This document shows positions 54,512-56,324 of a DNA stretch of 56,324 nt, piece after piece. Made by a program: the position numbers and the translations under genes. Source of the DNA: a virus (lineage: Duplodnaviria > Caudoviricetes); IMG/VR virus record IMGVR_UViG_3300027969_000124, positions 1-56,324 of that record. One strand, given 5' to 3'. The notes beneath the pieces were generated by a model, which saw only the letters and a program-made list of their open reading frames with translations, was not told the origin of the DNA and made no database searches. The first letter of the stretch is position 1. Each line of letters opens with the position of its first letter.

Positions 54512-56324
54512 ATGCCAACCTATGAAATCAGTGCGCCTGACGGTAATAAATACCAAATTGAAGGGCCGGAGGGGGCTACCCAAGATCAAATCATTAGAGA
54601 GGTTGTAAGGCAGAATCCTTTTGCTGGGAAGACTACGGAAGAGTTAAAGAAAGTTCCGTCCGCCCCGTCAACTTTTAGAGATATAAATGAAACTGCCGCC
54701 ATGTCTTTGGCTGGTGGTCTTAAAAGCCTGACTGATTTATTTGGCGCAGACAACGCCGTCTCTAGAAACCTTGCCGAGAAACAAGAAACTGCTCTCAAGC
54801 AGATGACTCCTGCGCGACTAAAAGAGTTGCAAATTGAAGAGGAGTTGGCTAACCGAGCGGAAGGCAAAACTGGCGAGGAAATTTCTACAGCGGCAAGATC
54901 GTTTTTTAGATCGCCATTACAGGGATTGACTAGCGGTGCCTTTAGTTCTGTTCCAATCATTGCCGCAACCGCGCTTGCGCCTGAAGTTACCCTGCCTGCG
55001 GGGATAGCACGCCTACTAGGAACGGGTGTTGCTGGGAAAGTTGGACAGAAGGTTGCTGGCGCATCTCCGGGAATGGCGGTTGGTACAGCAATGGGAGTTG
55101 GCTCCCAAAAGGGTCAAGACTACGAAGCCGTCAAAGATGCCATGTTGAAGCGTGGCGCTACGGAAGAAGAGGCTGAAGCCGCCGCACAGAAAGCCGCTGA
55201 ATACTCTAGAGAGAATGCCGCTAGACAAGCCGCATCAGGGGTTGCTGGTGGCGCAGAAGCCGTTCTGGGCGTTGAGAGTGTATTGGGTCGCATGGGAAGA
55301 GCTGGAAAAGCGCCAGCCACCGCTCCAACAAGGATAGGAACGGCAGTAAAGTCTACTGTGGGCGAGGCTGTCCCAGAAGCAATACAAAGCGTTACAGGCG
55401 GAGTAGGCACCAACATTGCCCTGCAACAGGCTGGTTTTGAGCGTGACTTGATGGCGGGTGTTGCTGGTCAAGCCACTACAGAGGCTTTAACTGGAGCCTT
55501 ACTTGGCACGGCAGTGTCTCCTCTTCAATATAGAAGTCTGCAAAATGATTTCTTGCGTCAACAAAACGAAGAAGCCAACAAGAAACAAGAAGAGTTCCAA
55601 AAGCAACGGGAAGAGTTTGTACAAAAATACCAGCAGCAGCAGGAAGAAACCAAGAAAAATCTAGGTTTAAACATGCTTGCGCTGCCCGCTCCGGCGACTA
55701 CAGCAGAAGAGAAATACAGAAACCCCGCAGCCACCATCACCAGACAGGAGTTGGGAGAGCAAGAAGTAAACGGGAAAAAAATAAAGTCTGAAGTGCTTCA
55801 GTACTTGGATGACTACCGCAAGGCTAATAACTTGCCTGCCCTCAAGGCGTATTCCATCGAAGACATCAAAGATGCGATGCCCGGTTTAAACCCAGAAGGC
55901 GAGAAAGGAATTCTTGATTCCATCCTTGCTGGTAAGTATGGGTATAAACCCGTAGATGAGACTACCGGAAATGAGATCAAGTACACATCCGATGACATCA
56001 TGGCATTGGCTGAGGAAGAGAAGAACATTGCCACAGGCACGCAGGGCTTTAAAGACTTCCTCACTAGCGTCACAGGAACTGACAACGTTGGCGAAATGTC
56101 TCAACCTCAACTGCATGCCGCATACTCTGCGCTACAGAAGTTTGAGCCATCCGAAGAAACAAGAATCCTCCCTGAAGGTACAGCCGCTACTCGTTTCAGC
56201 CAGAAGCAATATGACAATGCTCTCAAGGTTGTTAACGTTGAATTTGCCAGTGTTGACAATAAGCCTTTAGACCCCAAAGTCATAGCCAAAGAGATTAAAG
56301 AAGCGACAGGCTTAGAGAACGACA
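54512..56324 (+). CDS. N-terminal part of very large internal virion/polyvalent protein (3' truncated, not in ORF track)
   Basis: MPTYEISAPDGNKYQIEGPEGAT...; same frame still open at the window end (...EATGLEND); G/A-rich hydrophobic segments. Confidence 0.7.
   Translation, partial: MPTYEISAPDGNKYQIEGPEGATQDQIIREVVRQNPFAGKTTEELKKVPSAPSTFRDINETAAMSLAGGLKSLTDLFGADNAVSRNLAEKQETALKQMTPARLKELQIEEELANRAEGKTGEEISTAARSFFRSPLQGLTSGAFSSVPIIAATALAPEVTLPAGIARLLGTGVAGKVGQKVAGASPGMAVGTAMGVGSQKGQDYEAVKDAMLKRGATEEEAEAAAQKAAEYSRENAARQAASGVAGGAEAVLGVESVLGRMGRAGKAPATAPTRIGTAVKSTVGEAVPEAIQSVTGGVGTNIALQQAGFERDLMAGVAGQATTEALTGALLGTAVSPLQYRSLQNDFLRQQNEEANKKQEEFQKQREEFVQKYQQQQEETKKNLGLNMLALPAPATTAEEKYRNPAATITRQELGEQEVNGKKIKSEVLQYLDDYRKANNLPALKAYSIEDIKDAMPGLNPEGEKGILDSILAGKYGYKPVDETTGNEIKYTSDDIMALAEEEKNIATGTQGFKDFLTSVTGTDNVGEMSQPQLHAAYSALQKFEPSEETRILPEGTAATRFSQKQYDNALKVVNVEFASVDNKPLDPKVIAKEIKEATGLEND

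Noticed and set aside
20123-56289. Numerous minus-strand ORFs in the late region (and plus-strand ORFs in the early regions)
   Set aside because: These are antisense shadows of well-supported genes, with no RBS or recognisable motifs.
56300-56324. Direct circular join of the window end to position 1 (frames happen to be compatible: A+GT then ATC CAA GGC)
   Set aside because: No terminal overlap is visible and a frame match has a 1-in-3 chance. The joined protein would jump from an N-terminal region straight into mid-LPD38 context, so a gap is more likely.
1-56324. tRNA genes, integrase/att sites, reverse transcriptase or diversity-generating retroelement
   Set aside because: No cloverleaf with a T-loop consensus, recombinase motifs, RT motif or TR/VR pair was found by eye. 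tRNAscan and HMM searches would be needed to exclude them fully.

Overview
This window is a near-complete genome of a tailed dsDNA bacteriophage (Caudoviricetes) with a podovirus-like virion module. No cellular genes, integrase, tRNA or CRISPR array were seen. Layout: (i) 1-1001 is the C-terminus of a large polyvalent/internal virion protein (LPD38-like), whose N-terminus probably begins at 54512 and runs off the right end. (ii) 1-6.6 kb holds minus-strand small genes plus SSB, a Sak-like annealase and a PD-(D/E)xK exonuclease. (iii) RusA, a structured non-coding region (7.0-7.8 kb) and a T7-type primase-helicase follow; there is no DNA polymerase. (iv) 11.0-18.6 kb is a leftward early operon with a SprT-like protease, a MoxR/CobS-like AAA+ ATPase, a VWA protein and many small acidic proteins. 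(v) A DnaA-box cluster precedes terS, a LexA-like HTH gene, terL, portal, GroES, scaffold, capsid, small basic proteins, tail and fibres, lysis genes, tail tube B and the ejection proteins. The most notable observations are an acyl carrier protein + ketosynthase pair embedded directly in front of the ejection-protein genes, about 40 copies of the palindrome GTTTAAAC, a roughly 8.8 kb early region apparently free of CCGG/GGCC/AGCT/GCWGC sites, a DnaA-box array, several structured RNA elements, and a short peptide tag shared by many virion proteins. All calls come from reading motifs by eye, and counts are manual; no searches were run.
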